The notes under the pieces are model-generated. The model did no database searches and was not told where the DNA came from. It saw nothing but the letters and a program-made list of their open reading frames with translations. Both the position numbers and the translations under genes were made by a program. This document shows positions 19,409 through 29,423 of a stretch of DNA of 64,000 nt, in pieces. The stretch is from a virus: positions 98,012 to 162,011 of IMG/VR virus record IMGVR_UViG_3300008267_000003; one strand, written 5' to 3'. Each line of letters opens with the position of its first letter. The first letter of the stretch is position 1.

Positions 19409-20013
19409 TGAAAAGATTCTCTCAATTCATAGCTGAGGCAGTGCAGAAGAAAGCATTGCATGTTTTTGATATTGATGATACTCTTATGCATACAACGGCA
19501 AAGATCCACGTTAAGGACCCTCAAGGTAAGGTAGTAAAGACTCTTACAAATCAAGAGTTTAACGATCATAAGCTACCTGCAGGACACAGCTACGACTTTG
19601 GTGAATTCAGAAACGCTGAGAAGTTTAATAAAGAGTCTAAGCCAATGCCGCACATGATCAACCATGTGAAGAAGCTGACATCTGATCCAAGCAATCATGT
19701 TATATTTAATACAGCACGTGCTAACTTTGATGATAAGAATACTTTCTTGCATACCTTCAAGAAGCATGGTATTAATATGAACAAGATTCATGTTATCAGA
19801 GCAGGTAACCTCAATAAAGAGGGTGCCCCTGCTGAGAAGAAAGCTGTAGTCATTCACGGCTACATAAAGAAGCACAAGTACAATGATGTCCATATGTACG
19901 ACGATAGCAAGACTAATCTAAAGTCTTTTGTTGGATTAAAACAGGCTCATCCAAACACAACATTCCATGCTCATCACGTTGAGGGTGAGAATGTAACAAC
20001 GAAGGTAGTATAA
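19408..20013 (+). CDS. His-rich HAD-family phosphatase, predicted internal protein
   Basis: CTS-like MKRFSQFIAE; FDIDDT, NTAR, K, YDDS. Confidence 0.75.
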   Translation: MKRFSQFIAEAVQKKALHVFDIDDTLMHTTAKIHVKDPQGKVVKTLTNQEFNDHKLPAGHSYDFGEFRNAEKFNKESKPMPHMINHVKKLTSDPSNHVIFNTARANFDDKNTFLHTFKKHGINMNKIHVIRAGNLNKEGAPAEKKAVVIHGYIKKHKYNDVHMYDDSKTNLKSFVGLKQAHPNTTFHAHHVEGENVTTKVV

Positions 20014-20621
20014 TGAAAAGATTTACCAATTTCCTCCTAGAAGGAAAAGATAAGACTGCGGTTCTACTATTTGGTAGAATGAATCCCATTACTAGTGGTC
20101 ATGAGGAGAACGTAGAAGCTGCCCATGATCTGGCAAACTCTCATGATGGCCACCTTCATGTTGTTGCTAGTGGTTCACATGATGAGAAAAAGAATCCTCT
20201 TTCACCAGAACAAAAGCAAAAACATTTGCAGCGTGCATTCGGACACTTAGACAGTACAACAATTACTACAGCATCTAAATCAAAACCAACAATCATGCAT
20301 CATGCATCTGATATTGCTAAGACAGGTGTTAAGCATCTAGTGATTGCTGGTGGTAGTGACAGGGCAGAGGAGTATAAAACGTTGCTCAATAAGTATAATG
20401 GAGTCAAAGGAAAAGCTCATGGTGAGTATCACTTTGATTCAATTACAGTAAAGAATACCGGTGAACGTAAGGCTGGTGTTAGTGGTACTGATATGAGAAA
20501 TCATGCTTCAGGTGGTAACTACGGTAAGTTCAAAGCTGGACTTCCAAGTAAAATCAAGAAGAATGAGAAGTACTCAAGAGATATGTACAATGATGTAAGA
20601 TCGGGAATGAATATTAAATGA
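20013..20621 (+). CDS. HxGH (cytidylyltransferase-like) nucleotidyltransferase, predicted internal protein
   Basis: CTS-like MKRFTNFLLE; FGRMNPITSGH, KNPL, GSDR, SGTDMR. Confidence 0.8.
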   Translation: MKRFTNFLLEGKDKTAVLLFGRMNPITSGHEENVEAAHDLANSHDGHLHVVASGSHDEKKNPLSPEQKQKHLQRAFGHLDSTTITTASKSKPTIMHHASDIAKTGVKHLVIAGGSDRAEEYKTLLNKYNGVKGKAHGEYHFDSITVKNTGERKAGVSGTDMRNHASGGNYGKFKAGLPSKIKKNEKYSRDMYNDVRSGMNIK

Positions 20622-23600
20622 CTACAAAGATCACTGCTGATAACATTGAGCAAACTACACTTGCCACACTTTCAGGTGGTCCAGCAATTGCTAATATTCA
20701 GATTGCAAATTCATCATACGGTCTATTAGATGATACTGCTGTGAATACAGCTGGTGGCTATGTGGTAATTAATGGAACTAAGTTTTCGAATGGATGTTCT
20801 GTCCTTATAGGTAACACTGTAGCTACAACTGTTACGTTTGTATCAGCTACTCAGGTTAGAGCTCAGGTACCTGCAAAGGTTGGAGCTTCATATGTGGTGT
20901 ATGTGACTAATCCGGATGGTGGTACTGCTATTGCAGTAAACGGTCTTACATATAGTAACACTCCTGTTTGGGCTACAAATAGTACATTGACCCCGGGTGC
21001 TGTTGATGAGGCTATTAGTATTAATTTATCTGCCCCTTCAGATTCCAACGTTGTTTATTCTGTTGCTGCAGGTAGCTCGCTTCCATCTGGTGTGTCATTA
21101 GCTTCAAATGGATTGTTGAGCGGCACTATCACTGGTATATCAGAAGAAACCACTTATAACTTTACCGTGGATGCGATCGACGTTGAACTACAGGATACGT
21201 CTAGATCATTTAGCATAACTATTATAGCTGGTGATCAATACTACAAAAACACAACATTACATTTGAATGGTGAAACAGCATCTAATACATGGATCATAGA
21301 TGCTAGTACTAATAAGTTTCCAATCACCGTTGCTGGTGATACTAAGCCCGTAGGATTTAGTCCATATGAAACTATTTGGAGTAATTATTTTGATGGTGCC
21401 GGGGATGACTTAACGATCCCTACGAACTCGGCTTTCACTTACGGTACTGGAGATTTTACCATAGAAATGTGGGTGTATATAACAGCCAATCCAGGCGATT
21501 ACGCTTATTTTTATGCCCAAGGGCCTAACACAACTGCGTCTATGTGTTTATATATTCAAAGTGGGAAATTCAATGTTTGGAACGGATCCAACATTATTGT
21601 TGGATCAACATCATATTCACTGAACAGGTGGTATCACGTTGCGTTAAGTAGATCGGGAACATCTTTAAAATTGTTTTTGAATGGTGTTGAAGATGGATCT
21701 GCAACAAATAGTAGTAATATAACAACCGGGTCTACATATGGTTCAACCATCGGTCGTTGGGTAGAAATTGTAGATAATCGTTATTTCACTGGATACATCT
21801 CAAATGCTCGTGTCGTTAAAGGCACTGCACTCTACACAGCAAACTTCACTCCACCAACCTCACCATTAACCGCAATCACAAACACCAGTTTATTAACCTG
21901 TCAAAGTAATAGATTAAGAGATGCTAGCACAAATAATTTTACAATTACAAGAAACGGTGATGTATCAGTAAGTAATTTTGGTCCTTTTGTCGAAACTGAT
22001 TTAATTACTGGTAGTGCATTTTTTGATGGCACAGGGGATTATTTAAATGCAGGTACTACTCAACTTTGGACTCCTGCTAATAGTTTTACTGTAGAAAGCT
22101 GGTTTTATATTACTTCTTTTGGTGGTAACACTAGAGGGCTTTTTGCTAAAGATGCTGGTACCTCAGGTTCCTCTAGAGGCATATCGATTTACGTAAACAC
22201 AAATGGATCGGTAACTGTATTTTATTCATCATCTGGATCAGACGAATTATCTGCAACTTCTGTTTCTTCTGGTTTAGTAACAGTTAATCAATGGTATCAT
22301 TTTGCTTTTGTCAAAAACGGAAGTAGTTGCACTCTTTATTTAAATGGATCTTCAGTATTATCCTTCACTTCAGCAACTATTGCGTGTCCCGTATCTCCAT
22401 CAAATTTAATCGGTGCGTTTACAAATGGATCAACTGCTTTAAATATGCTAGGGTATATGAGTGATTTTAGATTGGTTTCAAACACAGCAGTCTACACTTC
22501 AAACTTTACACCACCAACCACACCATTAACTGCAATTGCAAACACAAGTTTACTCACACTACAATCTCGTATTGGCGAAAACAATAATCGTTTTGTTGAT
22601 ACTTCTGGATTGAATAATATTATCACTAGAAACGGTAATACAACACAAGGTACATTTAGTCCATATCAAAGAGGTGGTTGGAGTGGTTATTTTACGGGAT
22701 CATCAACAAGTTACATATCGACACCATCGACAACATTATTAAATCAAGGACAAACATACACTGTACAGTGTTGGATATATCCAACATCATTTACAACATC
22801 AACTAGCGCTGTTCGTAGAATGTATCTGTTTGTTAAGGGTGTTATTTACGCAGGTTTATCAATACATAGTGACGGAACATTAGGTTGGTATGGTTGGCCT
22901 ACTCCTGGTGGAATGATAGCTACTTCAGCGGCAGGAACAATCACAACTAATTCTTGGCAGCATGTTGCACTCGTTGTTAATCCCGGCAACTATATTAAGT
23001 TATTTAAAAATGGTGTAGAAGTAGGAACAGCGAGTTATACTGCTGCAGGCGCAGATGGATCAGCGATAATAATAGGGCATGGTGATACAGGTCAAGGTAC
23101 CGATGGATTCATTGGATATATTAGTAATTTTAAGATAACCCAATCAGCATTAACCGGTGGTCAATTGGATTATTCCACCACACCAACAATTTCCTCACCA
23201 ACAGGATCCTCGTTATTAACATTGCAAACGAATCAATTCAATGATACAAGCAACTATAATTTATCTATAACACCAGCCGCAGCTGCATCAGTACAACCAT
23301 TTAGTCCATTCAAAACGCATACGATAACAGCTAATACTCTTAGTGTTTTTTTTAATGGTACTGGAGACTTTTTAAGTGTTCCTGTAAATACTGCTTTTCA
23401 ATTTGGAACTGGAGATTTTACAATTGAATGCTGGTGGTATCCGACAAGTTTAGCAACATTCCAACCTTTGATTTATCATACTGATGACAGCGGCGTTGCT
23501 GGAACAGGAGAGTATGTATTAGTTTATAATACAACTTTAGGAATGAGGTTTTATATAAACGGTGGAACAACAACAATAACACAAGGAAATACTACAGGAT

Positions 23601-25147
23601 GGTCTACAAATTTGTGGTACCATGTAGCAGCAGTTAGAAACGGAAATACGTTAACGATTTATAGAAACGGAATTTCTATTGCAAGCGGTAGTGTTTCGGG
23701 AATTACTATTGGTGCAAGTGTACTAACTTACATAGCCGGAGAACCATTTGATCCAGGATATATGACAGGGTATATTTCGAATGTTCGTATCGTTAAAGGA
23801 ACCGCAGTCTACACTTCAAACTTTACACCACCAACCTCACCATTAACCGCAATTGCAAACACCAGTTTATTAACCTGTCAGTCGAGCAGTATAATTGACA
23901 ATAGCACAAATAATTTTGCAATTACAAGAAATGGTAATGCTAGAGTTACTACTGTGAATCCATTAGGATTTACCGTAACTAATTTATCAGGATCATCGGC
24001 GGATTATTCCATCATTGACGAAGGTGGTAGTATGTACTTTGATGGCACTGGTGATTATTTGGCAACTGCGGATAAAGTTGATTTAAGACCAGGAACTTCC
24101 AACTTTACTTTAGAAGGTTGGATTTATCGTGATGTTGCTGGTGCAGCACACACCATATATGCAAAAGGTGGAGCGTCAACAGGTATTTTATTACAAGTCA
24201 CATCTACAAATGTATTGAGGTTTACTCATACAACAACTAATATAGATTCTACTATAACTATACCAGCAAAATCTTGGACTCATGTAGCAGTGGTACGTAG
24301 TGGCACTTCAACAAATCAAACTAAACTCTATATTAATGGTGTATTTGCAGCACAAGGAACAGTAAGTACTGATTTCACACAAACAGAAGAAGCTAGAGTT
24401 GGAACAAACAGAGCTGCTGGTGAAAACTTTAATGGTTATATTTCCGCATTGAGATTCTTAAAAGGTGTTGATCATTACACTTCTGGATTTGTACCACCAG
24501 CTGCACCACTAACACCCATTGTAGGAAGTACTTTATTGTTGAATGGTACTAATGGTGGTGTTTTTGATTACACTAGAAAAAATAATTTAGAAACAGTTGG
24601 TGATATTAAGATCAGAAACAATATTGTTAAGTATGGTAACACATCAATGTATTTTGATGGTACTGGAGATTATTTAAAAGCATCAACATCCGACATGGGT
24701 AATTTTGGCACAGGAAATTTTACAATTGAGATGTGGGTGTACTTTAACACTGTTTCAGGAACACAAAATTTAATTGATTTTAGAACAGCAACAAATGATG
24801 TTGCTTTAACAATCGCCTTAGCGAGTAGTGCTATAATATTATATGTAACCGGGTCTACAAGAATAACAACATCAACTTTGTCTGCTACAACTTGGTATCA
24901 TATCGCGTGTGTTCGCAGTTCTGGTGTTACAAAAATTTATATCAATGGAACTCAATCTGGATCTAATTATACCGATACCAATTCTTATGTAGGAAAGGCA
25001 AATAGGCCTTTGATCGGCGAATTGGCTGATGGAACTACACCATTACAACCATTAAATGCTTATGTTGACGATCTTCGTATCACCAAAGGTGTTGCAAGAT
25101 ACACCGCAAACTTCACAGCACCTACATCAGCTTTACTGACCAGATGA
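20618..25147 (+). CDS. Large virion fibre/adhesin: IPT/Ig-like N-terminus plus about six LamG/ConA-like repeats
   Basis: Repeated FDGTGDYL...FTIEMW...WYHVA...YISNxR...YTxNFTPP units; T/S/G/N-rich. Confidence 0.85.
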   Translation: MTTKITADNIEQTTLATLSGGPAIANIQIANSSYGLLDDTAVNTAGGYVVINGTKFSNGCSVLIGNTVATTVTFVSATQVRAQVPAKVGASYVVYVTNPDGGTAIAVNGLTYSNTPVWATNSTLTPGAVDEAISINLSAPSDSNVVYSVAAGSSLPSGVSLASNGLLSGTITGISEETTYNFTVDAIDVELQDTSRSFSITIIAGDQYYKNTTLHLNGETASNTWIIDASTNKFPITVAGDTKPVGFSPYETIWSNYFDGAGDDLTIPTNSAFTYGTGDFTIEMWVYITANPGDYAYFYAQGPNTTASMCLYIQSGKFNVWNGSNIIVGSTSYSLNRWYHVALSRSGTSLKLFLNGVEDGSATNSSNITTGSTYGSTIGRWVEIVDNRYFTGYISNARVVKGTALYTANFTPPTSPLTAITNTSLLTCQSNRLRDASTNNFTITRNGDVSVSNFGPFVETDLITGSAFFDGTGDYLNAGTTQLWTPANSFTVESWFYITSFGGNTRGLFAKDAGTSGSSRGISIYVNTNGSVTVFYSSSGSDELSATSVSSGLVTVNQWYHFAFVKNGSSCTLYLNGSSVLSFTSATIACPVSPSNLIGAFTNGSTALNMLGYMSDFRLVSNTAVYTSNFTPPTTPLTAIANTSLLTLQSRIGENNNRFVDTSGLNNIITRNGNTTQGTFSPYQRGGWSGYFTGSSTSYISTPSTTLLNQGQTYTVQCWIYPTSFTTSTSAVRRMYLFVKGVIYAGLSIHSDGTLGWYGWPTPGGMIATSAAGTITTNSWQHVALVVNPGNYIKLFKNGVEVGTASYTAAGADGSAIIIGHGDTGQGTDGFIGYISNFKITQSALTGGQLDYSTTPTISSPTGSSLLTLQTNQFNDTSNYNLSITPAAAASVQPFSPFKTHTITANTLSVFFNGTGDFLSVPVNTAFQFGTGDFTIECWWYPTSLATFQPLIYHTDDSGVAGTGEYVLVYNTTLGMRFYINGGTTTITQGNTTGWSTNLWYHVAAVRNGNTLTIYRNGISIASGSVSGITIGASVLTYIAGEPFDPGYMTGYISNVRIVKGTAVYTSNFTPPTSPLTAIANTSLLTCQSSSIIDNSTNNFAITRNGNARVTTVNPLGFTVTNLSGSSADYSIIDEGGSMYFDGTGDYLATADKVDLRPGTSNFTLEGWIYRDVAGAAHTIYAKGGASTGILLQVTSTNVLRFTHTTTNIDSTITIPAKSWTHVAVVRSGTSTNQTKLYINGVFAAQGTVSTDFTQTEEARVGTNRAAGENFNGYISALRFLKGVDHYTSGFVPPAAPLTPIVGSTLLLNGTNGGVFDYTRKNNLETVGDIKIRNNIVKYGNTSMYFDGTGDYLKASTSDMGNFGTGNFTIEMWVYFNTVSGTQNLIDFRTATNDVALTIALASSAIILYVTGSTRITTSTLSATTWYHIACVRSSGVTKIYINGTQSGSNYTDTNSYVGKANRPLIGELADGTTPLQPLNAYVDDLRITKGVARYTANFTAPTSALLTR

Positions 25148-25500
25148 CAACTAAAATAACAGCAGCTAATATTTCCGAAGCAGCACTAACCACTATTAGT
25201 GGTGGTCCTAAAGTAACATCCATCTCATCCACTAACTCACTTTACGGTGCTTTAGAATCTAACACAGTTAATGCTACTGCAGGTGGATACATTAAAGTCT
25301 TAGGTTCAGGATTTGCTAATGTTACACAGATATATATTGACGTAGATAACCCAACTCTTGCAACATCTGTTTCGTTTATTAGTAACACAGAAGTGAGAGC
25401 TGTTGTACCAGCCAAAACAGCTGGTTCATATCTCGTATACGTTGTAAGAACAACAGATGGCGCAGTAGCCACTGTCATTAACGGAATAACATATGCGTAA
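25144..25500 (+). CDS. Stand-alone IPT/TIG-like paralog of the fibre N-terminus
   Basis: MTTKITAANI...GGP...VRAVVPAK...YLVYV aligns by eye with the first ~112 aa of ORF 20618. Confidence 0.8.
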   Translation: MTTKITAANISEAALTTISGGPKVTSISSTNSLYGALESNTVNATAGGYIKVLGSGFANVTQIYIDVDNPTLATSVSFISNTEVRAVVPAKTAGSYLVYVVRTTDGAVATVINGITYA

Positions 25501-25531
25501 AAACGTAAGAAAAAATAACTAAAGGACTAAC

Positions 25532-26173
25532 GTGAATACATTATTTGACGATATTGCAAAATTTAGAGATGAAGAGGTTGATGGTATTGGAGGGTGGTGG
25601 TGGCCCGTTGCTGATGATGGAGCGTGGGATGGTCCAAGTAAAGATTGGCAAGGGTTGAAGAATGCATTTCAATATGTGAAACAAAAAGGGGTTGTAGTTC
25701 AGGCAGGAGGTAATTGTGGTCTTTATCCAAGGCTACTATCCGAACATTTTGACTATGTTTACACATTCGAACCAGATCTCTATAACTTCCACTTTCTAGC
25801 TCGTAACTGCCAAAAAGAAAACATTATTAAAATTAATGCTGCTCTTGGTGAAATGAACAAATTAGTAGGTACATCTAGATCCGGATATACAAGTAACAAC
25901 TGCGGTGGATTGACTGTCACAAACAACAATACTTTTATTCCAACATTCTCCATTGATCAACTAGCACTTAGTCGCTGTGATATGATTCAGCTCGATTGTG
26001 AGGGTTATGAACCAAACGTGATTGTTGGTGCAATGGAAACAATTCTACAGTTTAAACCAGTTATAACATTGGAAACCTGCACAATAGAGATTGAACAATT
26101 ACTAACTCCTCTTGGTTATAAAAGAATGGAAGGACGATTTGGTCATGTTGATCAATGTCTCGTAGCTTCATGA
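25532..26173 (+). CDS. FkbM-family SAM methyltransferase
   Basis: VQAGGNCG, YTFEPD, QLDCEGYE. Confidence 0.85.
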   Translation: MNTLFDDIAKFRDEEVDGIGGWWWPVADDGAWDGPSKDWQGLKNAFQYVKQKGVVVQAGGNCGLYPRLLSEHFDYVYTFEPDLYNFHFLARNCQKENIIKINAALGEMNKLVGTSRSGYTSNNCGGLTVTNNNTFIPTFSIDQLALSRCDMIQLDCEGYEPNVIVGAMETILQFKPVITLETCTIEIEQLLTPLGYKRMEGRFGHVDQCLVAS

Positions 26174-26175
26174 AT

Positions 26176-26183
26176 TATAAATA
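26176..26183 (+). promoter_or_regulatory. T4-type late promoter
   Basis: Intergenic TATAAATA. Confidence 0.8.
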
Positions 26184-26228
26184 AAGTATAATCCCGGCAG
26201 TAAGGCCTAGGTAAACCTGCGGAAAACT

Positions 26229-28142
26229 ATGAAAAAAGATAAAGATAATCAAAATACGGCTATCAGCCGTGCCAAAAAAGGACAAGCAATTCTAACTGGT
26301 AATCCAGCAGATATTGTTGTTGTCAGCCCCGAAGAAAAGCCTAAAAAGCTCCAATCAGAAGATCATTTACTTGAAAAAGTAGTTAGCCTTGTTCAACGTC
26401 GTAAGAGAGCAATCTCTATGAGACGTCGTGAACCTAAGATGGAGCGTAGACGTCAAATCTTAAAAACTAGACTAGCATCTAAAGAAAAGTTAATGCAGCG
26501 TGCCATGAGAATGGCTAAGCAGCTTTTGCGTAGAAAGATGGCTGGTAAACGTGGCTCTCAGTATCAATACCTTGGTCCTACAGAAAGACTTAATATTGAT
26601 AAAATGATTGAGCCAAGAGCCCAGGCAATTAAAAAGATTGCAATGAGACTGCTTCCAAGAGTTCAATCTGGTGAAAGAAGAAGACTTAGTGCAGTTCACG
26701 CTGGCAAATCTACTAAAGGTGTTTATAACACATCAACCAGTATTGTATCTCACTACGAACCAAGTATTAAATCCAATTTGATTGGTGAGAAGATCTCCAA
26801 AGAAGATTTGAATCAATTGTTCAGTCTTTACGAAGCTGGTTTTATGAGAAATCTTGGTTCTGTAATAACTTCTCCTATTAGAGCAGCTGGTATTGTAGGT
26901 AAGATTGGTTTAGGAGCAGCGGCAATCAGCAGTGCAATGTCTACACCTAGAGGGGCTGTAGGTACACTGGCTGCAGGAACTGCTGCTGCAAGTAAGAAGA
27001 TGTCTGAGTTTGGAAAAATAGACAAAGACAAAGAAAAAGATACTGGTAAGTCATGGTCTCTGTTCAAAACTCCTCAAGAGAAAATGGAGTTGGAAAGACT
27101 CAAGCAATCTAAAGAAGCCACAACACAGTCAAAGATAACTACTCAGCAAAAGAAACTTGATTTAGCATCACAGAAGGATGAATTAGAGAAGAAAAAGAAA
27201 CTTAACCTTGTAGCTCATAAAGAATGGGACTATGAAGGATATCTTACTGAAAAAGCTCTGCACAGCATATTTCAAAAGTCTCTAGATAGTGATATACCTT
27301 TTGAGTCTCTTAAAGAAGTATTCAACAGGGGAATACAAGAGTGTAGCTGTCAAGGTATGAAAGAGAAGCAACAGGTTGCAATGCAGCGTGTTAACTCGTT
27401 TATCTCTCAGGGTAAGTCTTATTATGAAGAGGATAAGGATATTGCTGAGAGACAAGGTCTATGGGCTAATATTCACGCTAAGCGTAAACGTATCGAATCT
27501 GGGTCTGGTGAAAGAATGAGAAAGCCAGGATCCAAAGGTGCTCCAACAAAACAAAACTTTGTTGATGCTGCAGAGGAAACTGTAAAGAAGACACCACATG
27601 AAAAGTTTAAAGCTGGTTTAAAGAAAGCTGGATACGATCCTGACGCAGGTGCAAAAAGGTTATTAGATCTTATTGCAAAGCAAAAGAAAGAGCGTGAAGA
27701 GCGTGAAGCAAAGTATAAAGAGATGTCTGAAGAAGATCAGCTCAATGAGTATGGAGATACTGCTAAGGGTCAGAAAATGCTGACCAAGGTTCAGAAACGA
27801 GCAGTAGATAGAGTAGTATCTAAAAAAGCAGATACAGATCCTAAGTATGCTAAAAAGAATAGCGATACTGCTAAACGTGCTTGGGAGAGATTTACTAATA
27901 TTGATGAGAGCTTTGTCGTGGACCGTGCAGCTGGTTACAGTACGACGTACACAGCGGCGGATTTAGGTATTAAAATGCAAGGTGGTTTTGAACTACATCC
28001 TTCAGTAACGGAAGAAGGTGGGGCAGGTGATGAGGGTACTAACAAGCTAGTTAATAAATATAAAAAAGATACTCCAGGTGAGCAGCTTGAAGCTATGATT
28101 AGAATGATGAGATCAAAAAGAAAGGCTAGCACACCATGCTAA
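26229..28142 (+). CDS. Large basic modular protein, predicted internal head (poly)protein
   Basis: K/R-rich modules separated by hydrophobic-x-E sites; late promoter. Confidence 0.6.
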   Translation: MKKDKDNQNTAISRAKKGQAILTGNPADIVVVSPEEKPKKLQSEDHLLEKVVSLVQRRKRAISMRRREPKMERRRQILKTRLASKEKLMQRAMRMAKQLLRRKMAGKRGSQYQYLGPTERLNIDKMIEPRAQAIKKIAMRLLPRVQSGERRRLSAVHAGKSTKGVYNTSTSIVSHYEPSIKSNLIGEKISKEDLNQLFSLYEAGFMRNLGSVITSPIRAAGIVGKIGLGAAAISSAMSTPRGAVGTLAAGTAAASKKMSEFGKIDKDKEKDTGKSWSLFKTPQEKMELERLKQSKEATTQSKITTQQKKLDLASQKDELEKKKKLNLVAHKEWDYEGYLTEKALHSIFQKSLDSDIPFESLKEVFNRGIQECSCQGMKEKQQVAMQRVNSFISQGKSYYEEDKDIAERQGLWANIHAKRKRIESGSGERMRKPGSKGAPTKQNFVDAAEETVKKTPHEKFKAGLKKAGYDPDAGAKRLLDLIAKQKKEREEREAKYKEMSEEDQLNEYGDTAKGQKMLTKVQKRAVDRVVSKKADTDPKYAKKNSDTAKRAWERFTNIDESFVVDRAAGYSTTYTAADLGIKMQGGFELHPSVTEEGGAGDEGTNKLVNKYKKDTPGEQLEAMIRMMRSKRKASTPC

Positions 28143-28402
28143 GTTTCTTAGAATACATAGCTGAAGCAGAATATCAAGGTCGTGATGTACCTCTTAACAA
28201 GCCTATGGCTGGAGACGTAAAGAAGTCAAAAGTGTTTGTCAAGAATGAGTCAGGTAACGTTGTAAAAGTAAACTTTGGTGACAAGAATATGACTATTAAA
28301 AAGAATATTCCTGCTCGCCGTAGAAGCTTTAGAGCAAGACACAACTGCGACAATCCTGGTCCTAAAACAAAAGCAAGATATTGGTCATGTAAGGCATGGT
28401 AA
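28136..28402 (+). CDS. Small basic protein (DUF6321-like) with CTS-like N-terminus
   Basis: MLSFLEYIAE; VNFGD, RRRSFRARHNC, ARYWSCKAW. Confidence 0.7.
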   Translation: MLSFLEYIAEAEYQGRDVPLNKPMAGDVKKSKVFVKNESGNVVKVNFGDKNMTIKKNIPARRRSFRARHNCDNPGPKTKARYWSCKAW

Positions 28403-28403
28403 T

Positions 28404-28850
28404 ATGAAAGAACAACTAAACGAAAAAATGAAGGTGGTATTAGCAGATAGTTTTGCTTTCTACCTCAAAGCACACCAGTTTCACTGGAATGTTGAAGGAC
28501 CTAATTTTCCACAGTATCATGAGTTTCTTGGTAACTTGTACGAAGAAGTGCATGCTGCTATTGATACAATCGCAGAAGAGATAAGATCACTTGGTGTATA
28601 CGCTCCAGGTTCATTTAGTAGATATTCTGAGTTATCCTCAATTAAAGATAATAGAGGTCTTCCATCAGCAGGTGAGATGATGAATGAATTGTTAGCTGAT
28701 AACCAGATTGTTTTAAATACTCTAGATGAAGCTTATAGATTAGCTGAAGAGTATGATGAAATTGGTCTATCTAACTTCTTGCAGGATAGATATGATGCAC
28801 ATAAAAAGCATGCGTGGATGCTTTCATCCATTCTAAAGAGAGACAGATGA
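28404..28850 (+). CDS. dps: Dps / ferritin-like DNA-protection protein
   Basis: YLKAHQFHWNVEGPNF..YHEFL..LYEE...IDTIAE, KKHAWML. Confidence 0.93.
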   Translation: MKEQLNEKMKVVLADSFAFYLKAHQFHWNVEGPNFPQYHEFLGNLYEEVHAAIDTIAEEIRSLGVYAPGSFSRYSELSSIKDNRGLPSAGEMMNELLADNQIVLNTLDEAYRLAEEYDEIGLSNFLQDRYDAHKKHAWMLSSILKRDR

Positions 28851-29422
28851 AATACGTTACATTAGAAAATAGAATTAGATCGGTTATTCGTGAGTCTAGA
28901 AAAAGACTTTACGAAGCTAAAAAGCCACCTATTGAAAAAGATCAGGCAGATCAGATTGCTGCTGGTACATACGTAACAAAACACTTTGAGATGTGTCCTG
29001 GGTCACAGAAACTATTCACATCTTTACCCAAAGGTGTTGACCCAATGAAAGCAGAGAGATTAGCTATTCTACATGATCAGCTATTTGCTCTTGAAAAGCA
29101 CGCTAAAGCTCAGGAAAGAACTACTCAGTCTGATGTTGATGAGGCTGGTAAATTAGCAGATAGAATTAGAACATTAGCTGACGAAATGGGTATTGCAGAC
29201 AGAGTTGGGTATATCAAAGATCATTTAGACCTCTTTAATAAATATTTACAGCCAGATAGTAATATTGTTGATAAACTTACCCCAGAGCATATGAAGAGAT
29301 TGTTTACTCCTCCTATTACCAGCACTCCTGAACCTAAGGATAATGATATTGATAACTCAAAGTTTGTTTTATCAAGAAATATTAAAGCTCAAAGAAAACT
29401 AAAAATCATAGACGCAGACTAA
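28847..29422 (+). CDS. Hypothetical late protein
   Basis: Start reassigned to MKYVTLE (ATGA overlap with the dps stop). Confidence 0.7.
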   Translation: MKYVTLENRIRSVIRESRKRLYEAKKPPIEKDQADQIAAGTYVTKHFEMCPGSQKLFTSLPKGVDPMKAERLAILHDQLFALEKHAKAQERTTQSDVDEAGKLADRIRTLADEMGIADRVGYIKDHLDLFNKYLQPDSNIVDKLTPEHMKRLFTPPITSTPEPKDNDIDNSKFVLSRNIKAQRKLKIIDAD

Positions 29423-29423
29423 A

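Noticed and set aside
20618-25147. Diversity-generating retroelement acting on the fibre
   Set aside because: No reverse transcriptase and no TR/VR pair differing only at adenines
26194-26222. Small GC-rich hairpin (CCGGCAG...CTGCGG) between the late promoter and ORF 26229
   Set aside because: Could be a translational operator, but it is too short to support without homologues
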